Source: Octopus vulgaris
Taxonomy: Eukaryota
Direction of reading: 5' to 3'
NCBI GenBank assembly: GCA_951406725.2
Contig: OX597819.1
Span: 310,001-374,000, forward strand
DNA: 64,000 nucleotides
Part shown: positions 10,615 through 23,420 of the stretch, in pieces
Layout of the letters: each line of letters starts with the position of its first letter
Numbering within the stretch: position 1 is the first letter of the stretch
Program-made: the position numbers and the translations under genes
The notes under the pieces: model-generated
Told to the model about the DNA's origin: nothing
The model's input: the letters and a program-made list of their open reading frames with translations, nothing else
Databases searched by the model: none

Positions 10615-13503
10615 CTGAAAGACAAAGGAAACAAAAATTTAATATTTAACCCTTTTATTGACATTTCTAGTAGAGGTGCTCAAAACCAAGTTCTAAAGTT
10701 AGGTGGAGTGAGCACATAAAAGAAGGCGCCAAGACACATACCAAATAGTTTTTTTTACCCATTTCCCTTATATTATGTGAAATCTTTCATTAGTTATAAT
10801 ATACATAATTGTATTCTACATTCATTAATTTTATGATTCAGTAATAATGTCATTATATATGAAACTTACAACTACTAATATAGGTGTGATGTGAAAAAGA
10901 TGTAACTCTACAGGATTGTCCAGTGTTGAGAGGTTAAGACAACAGGGTTTGTTTTGGTTTTTCAGATGTCAGTAGCCACCAACACATCACAGGATATTGA
11001 GCAGATAGTTCAAAAACACAGGAGGTCAGTCAAATAAAGTAATGACTCTAGAAAGTACTTTGAAGGCCATGAAATTAACAAAAAAAAAGAGGATCAACTT
11101 TTATCACACAAGCGAATTAAAGAGGTAAAAACAATTGTTGAAAGGTCACCAATTTTGAAAAATGTACTCTTTTATTAGCTACACCAATGGAAAACAGATA
11201 TATCCACTAGGACTTTTATCATCCTAAACTGCAGAAAGTAGTTTTATATACCACTCCATTTTTGTTGAGGAACATCATGTTTGAAACTATTTTCTGTTGA
11301 GAATATGTAAAGTTTATTGAGGCAACATAACTTGCAGAAAATACCGATTCTATTTTTTGGTAGATATCTAACCTCATTGTTAGAGTCATCATCATCATCA
11401 TTTAACATCTGCTTTCCATGGGTTGGATGGTTTGACATGGAGTTGGCTAGCAGGGAGCTGTCCAGACTCCAGCTGGTATGGTTTCTATGACTGGATGCCC
11501 TTCCTAACACTTAACAGAGTGTGCTGGGAGCTTTTTTTATGTGCAACTGGCATGGGTGTGTGCATCCAGCACCTGAAAGGACAATCCTGTATGTGTAGAA
11601 GACAGTGATATTACTTAGCTTGATGTATCTTACCAAGGACAGCAAATCCCCACATCTCCCAGTCCCTTGTCATTTCTTCAATGAGGCCCAGTGTCTGAAG
11701 ATCCTTTCTCACCACTTCATCCCATGTCTTCCTGGGTCTACATTCCTTCCACAGATACCCTCCACAATTAGAGCTCGCACTTCTTTGTGCAGCTGTCCAC
11801 ATCCAAATGCATCACATGACCAAACCAGTGCAATCTTCTCTCTTACACATAACATCTGAATAACCATGAAATTTAATTCTTAAAGTAAAAAAGTTAAAAC
11901 ATTATCATTTTTTTTGTCCTCCACCCTTAATTTATTAGCTTACAACTATTTTTTCTTACTTAAATCACAAAAGAATATTAATAAATGATGATGGTTGTTG
12001 CTGGCGTTTGTTTTTGGAATACTTTCATCATCTTAGATTCAGTATTGTCTTTGGTCATCTTTAGGTGACACTCCTGAGCTGAGCTAGAGTCCTACCCTAC
12101 AATCTTCCTTTAATCCTTCAGCATTCAGATCAGTCTCTCAAGTGCAATGCTTATTTATTCAGGTTGTTTTCAATTATTCATACAATATTTCATACTTTCA
12201 AGATTTCAATGATGTGATTGTTTAGTTCTAGTATGATATTGTAGAGTAAGGTCAGACAGGCCAGATCTGGCCAGTTTGAGAATAAAACACGTACAATATT
12301 TTGGCTGGATATGGCCACTTTAAATATTAATGGATTAAATACTAGATCTTTTACTCTAACCGATCTAACAGCCAATCATTGTCAGAAACAGTGTTGTCAT
12401 TTTGATGTACAAAATATATACTCAAGTAATATTTGATCTTGCCAAAAAGTCAACCTAAAATTTATTAGGTCTGACTCAGCATATGAATAAAGTGAATCAT
12501 TACATACATGTTTTGGCAGCCTAACAGATCCAGAGACAGAGGAAAGAACTAAAGAAACATTTTAGTTACACCAGCCTTCTGGAATGTATCACTACATGTT
12601 ATTACTTAAAAATATTGGCCATGGTAATGATTTATTAATGTGGGTTTTATAGCACAACATGTGATGATGTGTATTACTATAAGTAAATTTCCATAAATCT
12701 TCATATTTTTGTTTTGCAATGATTTACACAAACTAGGCTTTTGCCAACAAAAATTACAATGCAAATTTAACACGAAATTCAATCCTAGGAAAAGAAGCAT
12801 CTACATGATAGTCAACCCTTTAAATTCAGCCTTAAAAAATGGTCTGCAAAACTCAACTTTTACTTGGGTATATACGGTATTTAAGCATTTGTCATAATAT
12901 TTGTTCAAATACTAACTCTTTGCCTTTTCCTTCAATTAATCATATGAAAGCATTACAGATGGGTTAAGTAACAGAGAAAAAGACTTAGTTTAAAAAAATT
13001 ACACATTTCACTCCCCACCATCTCTCCCCTTCCTCCTTCCCCCTTCAACTAATCGTGTGGAAACATTACGGATGGGTTAAGTAACAGTGGAACAAGCAGA
13101 ATTATTATAAGATACAAAAGGGTTAAGGTAATTGATGTTTAGTTTTGATAGTTGTAAACTGATTTCAGTAAAATAAATGTGGGGAGAGAAGCTCCCATAC
13201 CATATTGTCTTGCAGCAGGCTTCCATGGGAAATTTTATTGCATTAATACCCTCTGATAATCAGCATTTATATTTTAAGTTTGGTACTTATTCTATTGATC
13301 TCTTTTGCTAAACTGTGAAGTTATAAAGCAGCATTGGTTGTCAGGTGGTGGTGGTAGTGGGAGGTAAGCATACACACATACGACAGGCTTCCACACAATT
13401 TCTATCAACCAAATTGTTTCACAAGGCATTGGTCAGCCTGAAGCTATAGTAAAAGACACTAGTGCAAGGTGCCACACAGCAACACTGAACTTAAATCCAC
13501 ATT

Positions 13504-13848
13504 TAACACCCGTGGACATATTTACAAAGTCAGAAAACAGCACAGCTCCCATGACTTCAGGAAACATTTTTTCACGCTGAGAGTTGCTGAAGCATGGAAC
13601 AAACTGCCGGCATCAGTTGTTAGTTGTCGGAACACTGCATCCTTCAAAACTTCCATGCTTTCTGAGATTCGCCAACACTACACCTGATTTTCTCCCCTCC
13701 ATACACACACAAGCTTGTATCTGACTCATGCATTGTTCGCTTTCCAGACATTTGTACATTACTGCATATACTTTATACGCACTTTCTGACAAGTTGTGGT
13801 GCACCTGAGCACTGTATGCAATAACTTCATTATTATCATTATTATTAT
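13504..13848 (+). mobile_element. 3' fragment of the same CR1 family nested inside a SINE
   Basis: Matches the reverse complement of ~26040-26380; (ATT)n tail; SINE sequence resumes on both sides. Confidence 0.88.
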
Positions 13849-14276
13849 TTGCAAAGCAAGCATCTTAACCACACAAACATGCCTGCACACACACACACAC
13901 ATACATGTGTGTGTGTGAGTAAAAGGGATTACAGTCTGAGCTGTTATCATGAAGCATGTCTGCAAATCTCAAATCTCAGCTGTCAACTATTTGTAGATAT
14001 TTTATGTTTATGAAGAAAACTATTCATACAAGTTGAAATTCCTTGTCCAGTATATTAGCCACAGAGTATGTATATATTGAAACAAAGATTGGAATTTATG
14101 GTATTATTTTTAATTCTGTAGTTACAATTGTTTCATTACAACATGATAAATACATTTTATGGACATAAATGTTAATATTAATAATTATATGATTATAATG
14201 AATTTATAATATTATAATGCATAGACAGACATTATTTAGCACTTATGTGCAATTCATTAGACATACATACACACAA

Positions 14277-14322
<46 letters not shown>

Positions 14323-15049
14323 ATACGTGTGTATGAATATATACATATAAAAGCAGGAAAGCATAAATTTCACATATAATTCATACTTTAATTGTGCTCA
14401 GCTTTAGTTTCATTAAGATAAACACCAAACAAACGCATAATTACATAATTGTGATACATAATTAATTTAAATTGAATTAATTTACTACAATGAAATAAGG
14501 TTTGAGTTTAACAACCTGTTATTAATTGAGCTCTTAATTGCCATGGATTTATTGTTTGATGTTTATATGTGAATTTGCTACATGGATATCCATTACAAAA
14601 ACTGTGAGAAATTCAGCTACTCAGGGTTTCCTGGGAGGAATATGAAATTTATTTCACTATTTTTCACATTAGTAATGTCAGTATGGTGGGTAGTAACTCT
14701 GTTTGATTTAAGAGAAGTTTAAATAAGACCATGTAGTTTGAAAAAGACAAAGTGATGAAAGGTAGATAATTCAATGAACATCTATCTAATAAAGATAGGT
14801 TCTTACAGGGGGTGAACATTTCATAAACCAAGCAGAAAGGAAAAACAAAAAGTGGAAAGGTTGTTGGAATAATAGAAGTTACAAGAGTTATCAGTGTTCA
14901 CACATTTGTGGTGTATAAACAGGATATCCCACTGCACAAATGATGGTACAGGTGGTATATATTCACTGATTGGAGCTCCATAGAATTGCAACCAAATTAA
15001 TAGGTTGCGCTCTGCCTGCTGGTTTATATTTAATTCCTACTAAAATATA

Positions 15050-15830
15050 CAATGGTAAGTGTGGACATGAAACAATTTCATTCTTGGTATTTATACAGTC
15101 CCAGGAGGTTTATAAGTTCATCAAAATGATAAAGTATAATAAGCGAGCCAACAGAACAACTTTCTGATCCATTAATACATGATCTGGTCCTAGAATCTCC
15201 CAGCTGACGTTGTAGGATGCCTGTGTCCTTAATCTTCAAGATAAATGCTGAGATGATTGTGGTATGTCTCTTCTTGAAGTACCTAAAGGAAAATGGTTGT
15301 ATTTGAATTTAAATTTTCCTTCCACAGATCCTTTATAGTGCTTGGTTTCTGTCCAGCTGGTGTTGTTGTTTGCTGTTACTTGTGCCTTGTAAACAATGGA
15401 GGACATATCAACAACCTATCCTAGAGGACACGTAGATTTATCTCTGCATGTGCACCCAGGACTAGTTTAAGGCATTTGTTAAATTGTTGATATAGGCTTT
15501 TACATTAGGGAAACAGAAATAAGTAATGTTAACTGAATTTGTTAAATATTTTGTTATGACTTTGGTTGTGGGGAAAGTGTTTCTTTAATAAAAGTAAGAA
15601 TTTTATATCTATATTTGACATATCATTTAGAGAGAAAAGCAGGGTGAACCATATAAAGGTTGCAGGACCTATTCCTATATCTATATGGTTGAGAAGGAGG
15701 ATGGTTATAAAAGAATTTATCAATAAAACCACTATCCTGTAAAGCGTTAAGACATGGGCTGCCTTTACAAATAATTAATCTACATATGATTCTATAGCTA
15801 AATTTAAAAATTAGCTATAGACTGATCTGT
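15050..15830 (-). pseudogene. Penelope-like element GIY-YIG endonuclease relic
   Basis: FIWF...IKFLLLLKKHFP..KIFNK, CTCRDKSTCPL, SIVYKAQV, YKGS.EGKFK, SWEIL motifs typical of the Penelope C-terminus. Confidence 0.75.
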
Positions 15831-16393
15831 CATAAATGATGTCATATTATTCTGGCTATGGACCAGTAAGGTAGACAAACCTAATATTCTCAATTTGGTT
15901 TGCAATAACTTTGACATCTGATGTGTGGAACACTGTGCACTTGTACAGACAATGTTGATTTGATAGAAGAAGTGAGCACAAATATTTTATCATTATAAAC
16001 AAATCATCTGTATGGGTTGTTCAGCAAACTGGTGGCTCACTATGATCTTGGGTTCTTGGTTGCAGAATGAAACCCTTATCTGTCATTATGATAGGAGAGC
16101 CCATCACCACCACCATCATCGTCATCACCATTTAACGTCCGTTTTCCATGCTGGCATGGGTTGGGTGGCCTGATAGGGGTTACATAAGGTTCCAGAGTCT
16201 ATTTTGGTTTGGTTTCTACAGCTGGATGCTCTTCCTAATGCCAACTGCTTTTCATGTAGCACTATCACCAGTGCTTTTTATGTGGCATCAGCACCAACAC
16301 CGATGTTTTTTACATGGCACCTTGGTCTCAGGATATCAATTCTGTTGTGGTGGGCAGGTCTTCCTGAGTACAGCAATGCGTCACATATATAGA

Positions 16394-16740
16394 GAATACC
16401 AAACGAGTTCCCTATGGATACCGTATTTATTACAACGAGTGGCTTGTAAATATATCTAACGAGCGAAAGCGAGTTAGATACGTTTACAAGCCACGAGTTG
16501 TAATAAATACGGTATCCATAAGGAATGAGTTTGGTATTTTATTTATTACACACGAATAAACGACCATATTTTATTAACCCAATAACTAAATTCTTCATGT
16601 TTAGTTGTAACTTATGAATGACAAAAGTAGTGCCGTCACCGTGACCTCAGGTCATCACCATGGATTGACCAATCAGAGGCAGCGCTGTCACCGTGACCTC
16701 GGGTCATCACCATGGATTGACCAATCAGAAGCAGCGCTCG
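16394..16740. mobile_element. Palindromic element (~65-bp arms around gagcgaaagcgag) followed by a 52-bp tandem duplication with CCAAT boxes, inserted in an RTE relic
   Basis: 16394-16540 is self-complementary; gtcaccgtgacctc.ggtcatcaccatggattgaccaatcaga.gcagcgct occurs twice. Confidence 0.7.
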
Positions 16741-17161
16741 CAGTATCTGACATATGTTAGATACCAAAAATACCTCAAAGTGTTCTCACTCACATGTGTG
16801 TAATAACTTGGTCTTCTGTCATCTTCATAAAGGTGAGCATTTTGAGATCAACCTTCAGTATTTCATCCCATATCTCCCAGGGACTCCCTCTTTCACAACT
16901 TCCTTCCACTTTAAGTGATGAGCACTTATCTATGCAACTGTCCTCATCCATCCACATCACATAACCAAACCTGTGCAGTCTCGTCTCTTCCACACTGCAT
17001 ATAATCTTCTTATGCCTATCTTTCCTCTCAATACACTAGTGCTCCATTACATGTGTACACTGATATTGCACATCCAACAAAGCACACCAACTTTATTCCT
17101 CTCTAGTCTTCGCACATCCTCTGCATTCAGGGCCCATGTATACACACGCACACACACACAT

Positions 17162-17212
<51 letters not shown>

Positions 17213-17417
17213 TCAATGTGAGTTCAAAAATGTTAAAATTACAGATTGATGGTTAGTACTAACCTGATATTTCAATATTTCAGGGTTCGGATTCCTTCTT
17301 CAGGAAATTTACTGAGAAAAAATTGTTTATAGCTGACTTCTCTGAGAGTAGAGGTCAGTCATTGACCTGTAATTATTTTCTTTTAACTTGTATAGATTGG
17401 ACTTTAAAAATATTTAA

Positions 17418-18850
17418 TCTATATAGATAAAATTCTTTGCCTGTCTGTCTGTTCCCAATGCATTCTCAAATGGCTCAACCAAATCAAATCAAATTGTACA
17501 TGGTAATAGTATCAGACCCCATAAGTGTCAACATGCAATTTTTTTTCATCGGGATTAAAACAATACAACATTGGCACTGGTTCGGTATTACATGTCAAAA
17601 GTGAAAGAATAGCATCTATATTGTAACGTACTATAATATTGTTTCACTTTTAATTCTAATTATATCTTAATGTGAACAACATTACACATCGGCAACTCTC
17701 TGTCTTTACGGCCACGACAGCAGGATGGTGTGTCAGTGTGTGTGTGTGTTGACTGACATAATGAACAACTGGACATAAAAACAATGAAACGGCAGGTCCA
17801 AACTATACACATTTACCATTCAATTATTAGTTAATAATTATCACAGCAGTTGCAAATTTACTGTTAAATTATCAGTTCATACATGTGCTTCTATTTGGTT
17901 ATTTTATACTGCAAACAAAAATAAAGACATACTACATACATACAACTGCTTACAATAATAGAGATTACTGCATAATTCCTTCTATGTTCATAGTTTTTGG
18001 TTTACAATATTGAAACAAATATGCCACTAAAGAAAAGATGTAATCTCTCCGGAAACAAGAATAAGGCAAGGAGGATTGTAAAAAATTGAAGGCAAGAGTC
18101 TTAATACAGAAAGGAGATGAGACTTTCTCAAAATCAGTAAACACATGCTTCAGCACATCAAATGGAGTCTCAAGAAAGAAGGGAGATGAGACTTTCCCAA
18201 GATCAGCAAAGGAATGCTGCAGCATGTCAGATGGGCTCTCAATACAGATGAGACTTTCCCAAGATCAGCAAAGGAATGCTGCAGCATGTCAGATGGGCTC
18301 TCAATACAGATGAGACTTTCCCAAGATCAGCAAAGGAATGCTGCAGCACTTAATGCTGAATCATTGAAACAGTGTTTTAATGAGAAGTTTTAATGATTAG
18401 ACAGCAGTCCAATAGAATAGCTCTCAGAAACAGACTATGTACAAATTTGTTCTTCACAATTCCTGGATCCATCCCATTCTTATAAAAATAATAATTTTGT
18501 CCAAATTGGTGTGCTAAACTAAAATTGTCATTTGTGCAAAGCTTTAAAATTTCCAAATGAAACTAATGGCATGCGCTGCTCAGGCAAGATTATCAGCACT
18601 ACCAGTTCCTCCTCAACCCTTTCTGGAAGGCATTTCCGTCCAGTCTCAAAGGATTTTCTGAACAATATCAGACAATACAACTCTGCATTTCAAATGACAT
18701 CGTTTGGTGCATGGATTTATGCCAACATTCAAAATTCAAGAGCAAGTCAATCACCTCAATGGTTCCCAGTTACCCACAAATGAACAACCACAGTTCCTCC
18801 AAATTTTCTTTATGAGTGATGTAAGACAACAAACCGGAAAGAGGTGTCAA
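17418..18850 (+). mobile_element. 5' part of a degraded autonomous Helitron
   Basis: TC start with a ctgtctgtctgt motif; CKALKFPNETNGM.CSGK, FLNNIRQYNSAFQMTSFGA, FMPTFKIQ, PQFLQIFF are Helitron RepHel N-terminal motifs. Confidence 0.8.
18185..18347 (+). repeat. ~62-bp tandem repeat (~2.6 copies) within the Helitron relic
   Basis: agatgagactttcccaagatcagcaaaggaatgctgcagcatgtcagatgggctctcaatac repeated. Confidence 0.9.
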
Positions 18851-19045
18851 AACTTCAGATGATGGGTCATGTTAGATGCAGCACTAAATTCCGCTGCAAT
18901 GGAGAATATATCCACTGACAACTTTTCAGTGCATTCAAAAATCACATACCCCCACCACACACACCAATTTTCCATGACTCCAAACAGACGAATGACAAGT
19001 CACTTAGTTGAATTAGCCCATCGTTTACTCCACAAATCTTCTGTC

Positions 19046-19306
19046 CATTATTTATATTATTTACAATTGACAGATATTTGTCTTCTCTTGTTTGTTGTTA
19101 TCACAACGTTTCGGCTGTTATACCCTCCAGCCTTCATCAGGTGTCTTGGGGAAATTTCTAATCTGGGTTCTCATTCCTAAGGTATTTTTCGATGTTGTTG
19201 TTGTTATTATTATTATTGTTATTATTCAGATCACTGCCTGGAATCGAACTCAAAATCTTGGGGTTAGTAGCCCGTACTCTTCACCACTATGCCAAATATA
19301 AAACTG
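19046..19306 (-). mobile_element. Short element with a tRNA-like head and an internal hammerhead ribozyme motif
   Basis: Minus strand: TGGCATAGTGG (A box) ... GAGTTCGATTCC (B box), then CTGATGA-a-GGCTG..CAGCC-GAAA-CG-TT; flanked by aaatcttctgtc (19034-19045) and aaatcttttgtc (19307-19318). Confidence 0.75.
19100..19145 (-). ncRNA. Minimal type I hammerhead ribozyme motif
   Basis: gacac CTGATGA A GGCTG gagggtataa CAGCC GAAA CG TT gtg: intact core boxes, 5-bp stem II, palindromic ACGT in place of stem III, cac/gtg stem I. Confidence 0.75.
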
Positions 19307-19406
19307 AAATCTTTTGTCATCAATGCTGCACTTTCCTGTATCACCTGTTCCTAATCTCAAGTGATGCCAGGTATCTCTGCTTGTACATATATATATATAT
19401 ATATAT

Positions 19407-19799
19407 GGAGTGGCTGTGTGGTAAGTAGCTTGCTTACCAACCACATGGTTCTGGGTTCAGTCACACTGCGTGGCATCTTGGGCAAGTGTCTTCTGCTATA
19501 GCCTCGGGCCGACCAATGCCTTGTGAGTGGATTTGGTAGACGGAAACTGAAAGAAGCCTGTCGTATATATGTATATATATATATATATGTGTGTGTTTGT
19601 GTGTCTGTGTTTGTCCCCCTAGCATTGCTTGACAACCGATGCTGGTGTGTTTACGTCCCTGTCACTTAGCGGTTCGGCAAAAAAGAGACCGATAGAATAA
19701 GTACTGGGCTTACAAAGAATAAGTCCCGGGGTTGATTTGCTCGACTAAAGGCGGTGCTCCAGCATGGCCGCAGTAAAATGACTGAAACAAGTAAAAGAG
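19407..19799 (+). mobile_element. tRNA-derived SINE, same family
   Basis: ggagtggctgtgtggtaagtagc...gggttcagtc; older copies near 7650, 13280, 32900, 38370, 47327, 55165 and 62447. Confidence 0.85.
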
Positions 19800-19999
19800 T
19801 ATATACACACACACACACGCAAGATGACAATCTCATTGTGCTTCTGTTTATTTTGCCCCTATCACACTGTCATTTCTTTCATGAAAGATGGTTATGTCTT
19901 AGGTTGCAAAACTGTAAAAGACACTTGTATCACTCATAAATAGTATGTTGACAGTCTAAAGATCTTTATTTGAAATATTTACAATTCTGAAACATAGCT

Positions 20000-22030
20000 A
20001 GATTTAGCACTTTCATAACTCTTTCCACTGATACAAAGATGTAGTCTGAACAAAAGAAATGTTCAAATTTAAAAAGTGAATGTAGAAAGACTATTTCCTT
20101 AAACCAAAATCTTTGCATGAATGGTGCTATCAATACCCAGATATTAATGACAATATATCATTCAAAGGTACTGTGAAGAAGGACAGAGTAATCAAAGAAT
20201 GATAAACTAGACTAAAGATATGGCAGTCAGTGCTTTCCGCCTGTACTGATACCAACTTTTGAATATGCAGTTGACCTATACAGAAAATCTACCCAACAGA
20301 CATTAAAATATGCAAATCTTGACGTAAACTGCAAATTTCCATAGAAACAGTGATATGGACAGATTCTAGCACAGAAGAAAAGCGGGAAGAAGCTTAAGAG
20401 TACAGACTGCCTCTGAGTGCTGTATGAAATAACTCAGACAGTATCTGCTGAACAATAGCAGCGAAAACAAATAGACCAGCCAAGCATTTGAAAATGAAAT
20501 GAATAACATCCTGTGGTAGTGAATTCCTCAGGAAATACTTCCTGATAACTTCTCATTCAAATCCAAAAGTGCAAGGCTATCATGTCTCAGAGAAGACCTG
20601 GAAGGGAATCACTCAACATAAAAGGTTATGCACATACATGTTTCCTGTAACATAGAAGAGGATGATAATATCAATATGGAGTAAGGCAACAAGCTGGCAG
20701 AATTGTTAGCACGCCAGGTGAAATGCTGAGTTCAAATTCTGCCAAAACTGACTTTACCGTTCTTCCTTTCGGAGTTGATAAAATAAGTACCAGTTGAGTA
20801 CAGGGGTCGATGTAATTGACTTACCCCTCCCAGCGAATTGCTGGCCTTGTGCCAAAATTTGAAATCAGTATTGATATGGAGTGACTGTTACATCATGTTA
20901 CATCTTGAAAGCTATGGTTTTGCAAGCCAAAAGTAGGAGATAGCTACAAAATATCTCATGAATAAACAGGATAGAAAAGTCCTTAAACTCCCATGACAGG
21001 ATCTATATAAAATGGAGGGGTGGAGGAAGATGCATAATAGGATCAGGCCTTTGAATGCTGCATCATATCACTTAGGCAACACTATTGAGCAGTAAAGAAA
21101 GGAGTACTTTTAGTGTGTACTCAATAGCGAAGGTGTAACATCATAAGATTAAATGAAAAACTCCTGAATAGGTACTCTGATCCATGCGAACTAAGGCTGG
21201 CTGAGCTGACCGACTTAAACAGAGGCTTGGAGGAGAAATACTCACCATGTCAACAATAAGTTATGTGAGGGTATATATCATTCAAGTTAGAGAACGCCAA
21301 ACAGGATTACTAGGAATAGTAGCCTCTCCTGGACCTGTAACAAGTACATTACATCTCACCTAGAAAGCTATGCTTTTCCTATCCAAGACCAGGAGATAAA
21401 AATTTGATCAACAAAAGAGATAAGCAAGTCCCTCTAGACCCCACCACCATACTGAGATAGTAAGGGTCATGTCTTACTAGTGTGGAAAATATCACCTACA
21501 TTAACAGCAGTTGTCCAAAAATGTCTGCAAAGTACTACCTTCACATGAGATGTCAGATTGTTGTTAAGACCATCTGCAATGCTATACATAGGAAGGATAG
21601 TCCTGACAACTATTATAAAGCGCACCAGAACAAGAAAGTATTCACAACTTTAAAAATAAAGAATACTGATGGAACATTCCAATTAAAACAACAACCTGGT
21701 GTAAGCTCAACAGGCCAGATATTGTTGGAAAGAAACTCTCATGCACTAATAGTTGCCCAATAGATGCAAATCTCTCACTAAAAATTAGAGAAAAGTACAT
21801 CTATGAAGAAATCATAAGAAACCTACAGCTTTTATATCCAGGCTATAAATTTTCATTTGTTACTATTATCATAAGTACATTGAGTTATGTAACAAGAGAT
21901 CTGCATAAAACCTGGAAATGATGGATTCTCCAAAAAGAACAAAGCAGACTGATTCACATTCTCTACATACAATCGATTAGAGACACAGCAAAAATTTGTA
22001 AAACATTTCAGGGATTTTCCATTTGAGGTT
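20000..22030 (+). pseudogene. Degraded R4/Dong-like non-LTR element (restriction-like endonuclease type)
   Basis: ENITYINSSCPKMSAKYYLHMR (zinc-knuckle remnant), WNIPIKT, NRPDI and YEEIIRNLQLLYPGYK across frames; boundaries approximate; interrupted by a SINE at ~20683-20870. Confidence 0.6.
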
Positions 22031-22676
22031 CCTACTTAAATACATGCCCACAATCACATATACATACGGAATATATATGCACGCACAAACTTACGTACGT
22101 ACATGACACGCACATTCACAACATGAGTGTAAGCTTATCTGCATGCACTGCACACGCACGTGGTGGACAAGCACACACATTTATGTCCACACCAACGAAT
22201 TCAGATAACCACAAATCCCAAGAGCTGTCTTGACTTAAACAAAAGAGCCACTTTGCTAGTGACCGGCTCGAATTCTGCAATGTAAGTCAAAAAAAAAAGA
22301 ATCCCAAAGCAACATACATAATCACACACATTCGACCTTCATGTTTTATTAAAAAAAAGATTTTTTACTCTGACTTCGAAAAACAAATTGAACATAACTT
22401 TGTAAAATGTTATCTCTCGAACTGGCTTGAAATTTGGGATTATGGAGTTTAGTTTATTTTGCTGAAAATGTTCAAAGAACATTTTTCAATAGCTTGTTAA
22501 AAGTTTGCACTGCAAAAAGTTAAGAGAGCAACAGAAATAATCATAAAGAAATACACTAAAAAATTTAAAAAATAAACATTAATCTTATTTGCCTTTTGTC
22601 AAAACAAAAAATACACAAAAATTACTATAATACATGTTCTTTTATATTAATAACTATATATTAAGTATAATTCTAG

Positions 22677-22730
<54 letters not shown>

Positions 22731-22839
22731 CATGGTAAAAATATATATATGTAAATTTTTATATATAACACTAAAACGATTTTTAAAAATGATACAAAAA
22801 ATGTTACTTAAAAAAATTACACAAAAAAAAATGGCCAGA

Positions 22840-23420
22840 TTTCTACGATAAAAAGTAAATTAAACGAACTAGTCGAGGAGAATGAAGCTCCAACCTTTAT
22901 AATCAGAATGAAGTAAAAGATATCTCGGTTTGGTGGAATCCAAAATTCCAGAACCGTGGAATCAGGTCGACAGGAATATACAGCTTTGGTTATAACTCCT
23001 TTATTCTTCTATTCAGTTACTTTTGTTACACTGGCAGGGAAAAACAGTTATTCCGTTGTAAGAAGACTAGGATAGCATGAACGAATCGCTTCTACTTGAA
23101 ATTCGCAATCGGCAGTAAGGAGTGGTAGTGGTAGAAGTATGTCTCATAGAAGTGGTTGCACTAACAAGCGGCAGTAGTATCAGTATGAATAACAATATTT
23201 TGAATGGATGTCGCTGTCGTTTTCTAACATTTTTCTGACTTTTGAAAATAAGAAATTGGGACATTTGATTGAAATTACAAAATATGCTTAGAAAATGCAA
23301 AAAAATCAAATCCTGATGAAATAACAAGTAATTTTTAATATAATTCGGTCGTGTTAATTTCCCATCTGACGACATGTTTGAATATACGAACGTTGCGTAT
23401 CGATGGAAGCTTTGTAATAA
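22840..23420. promoter_or_regulatory. Second CpG-retaining promoter-like segment, candidate TSS region of the CIDE-N gene
   Basis: Unique sequence with clustered CpGs (gtcgag, gtcgac, acgaatcgc, ttcggtcgtg, acgaacgttgcgtatcgat) between AT-rich flanks, upstream of the minus-strand gene. Confidence 0.4.

Noticed and set aside
19230-19298. tRNA-like sequences (also 49059-49122 and SINE heads) as tRNA genes
   Set aside because: Imperfect cloverleaf and embedded in repeat bodies.
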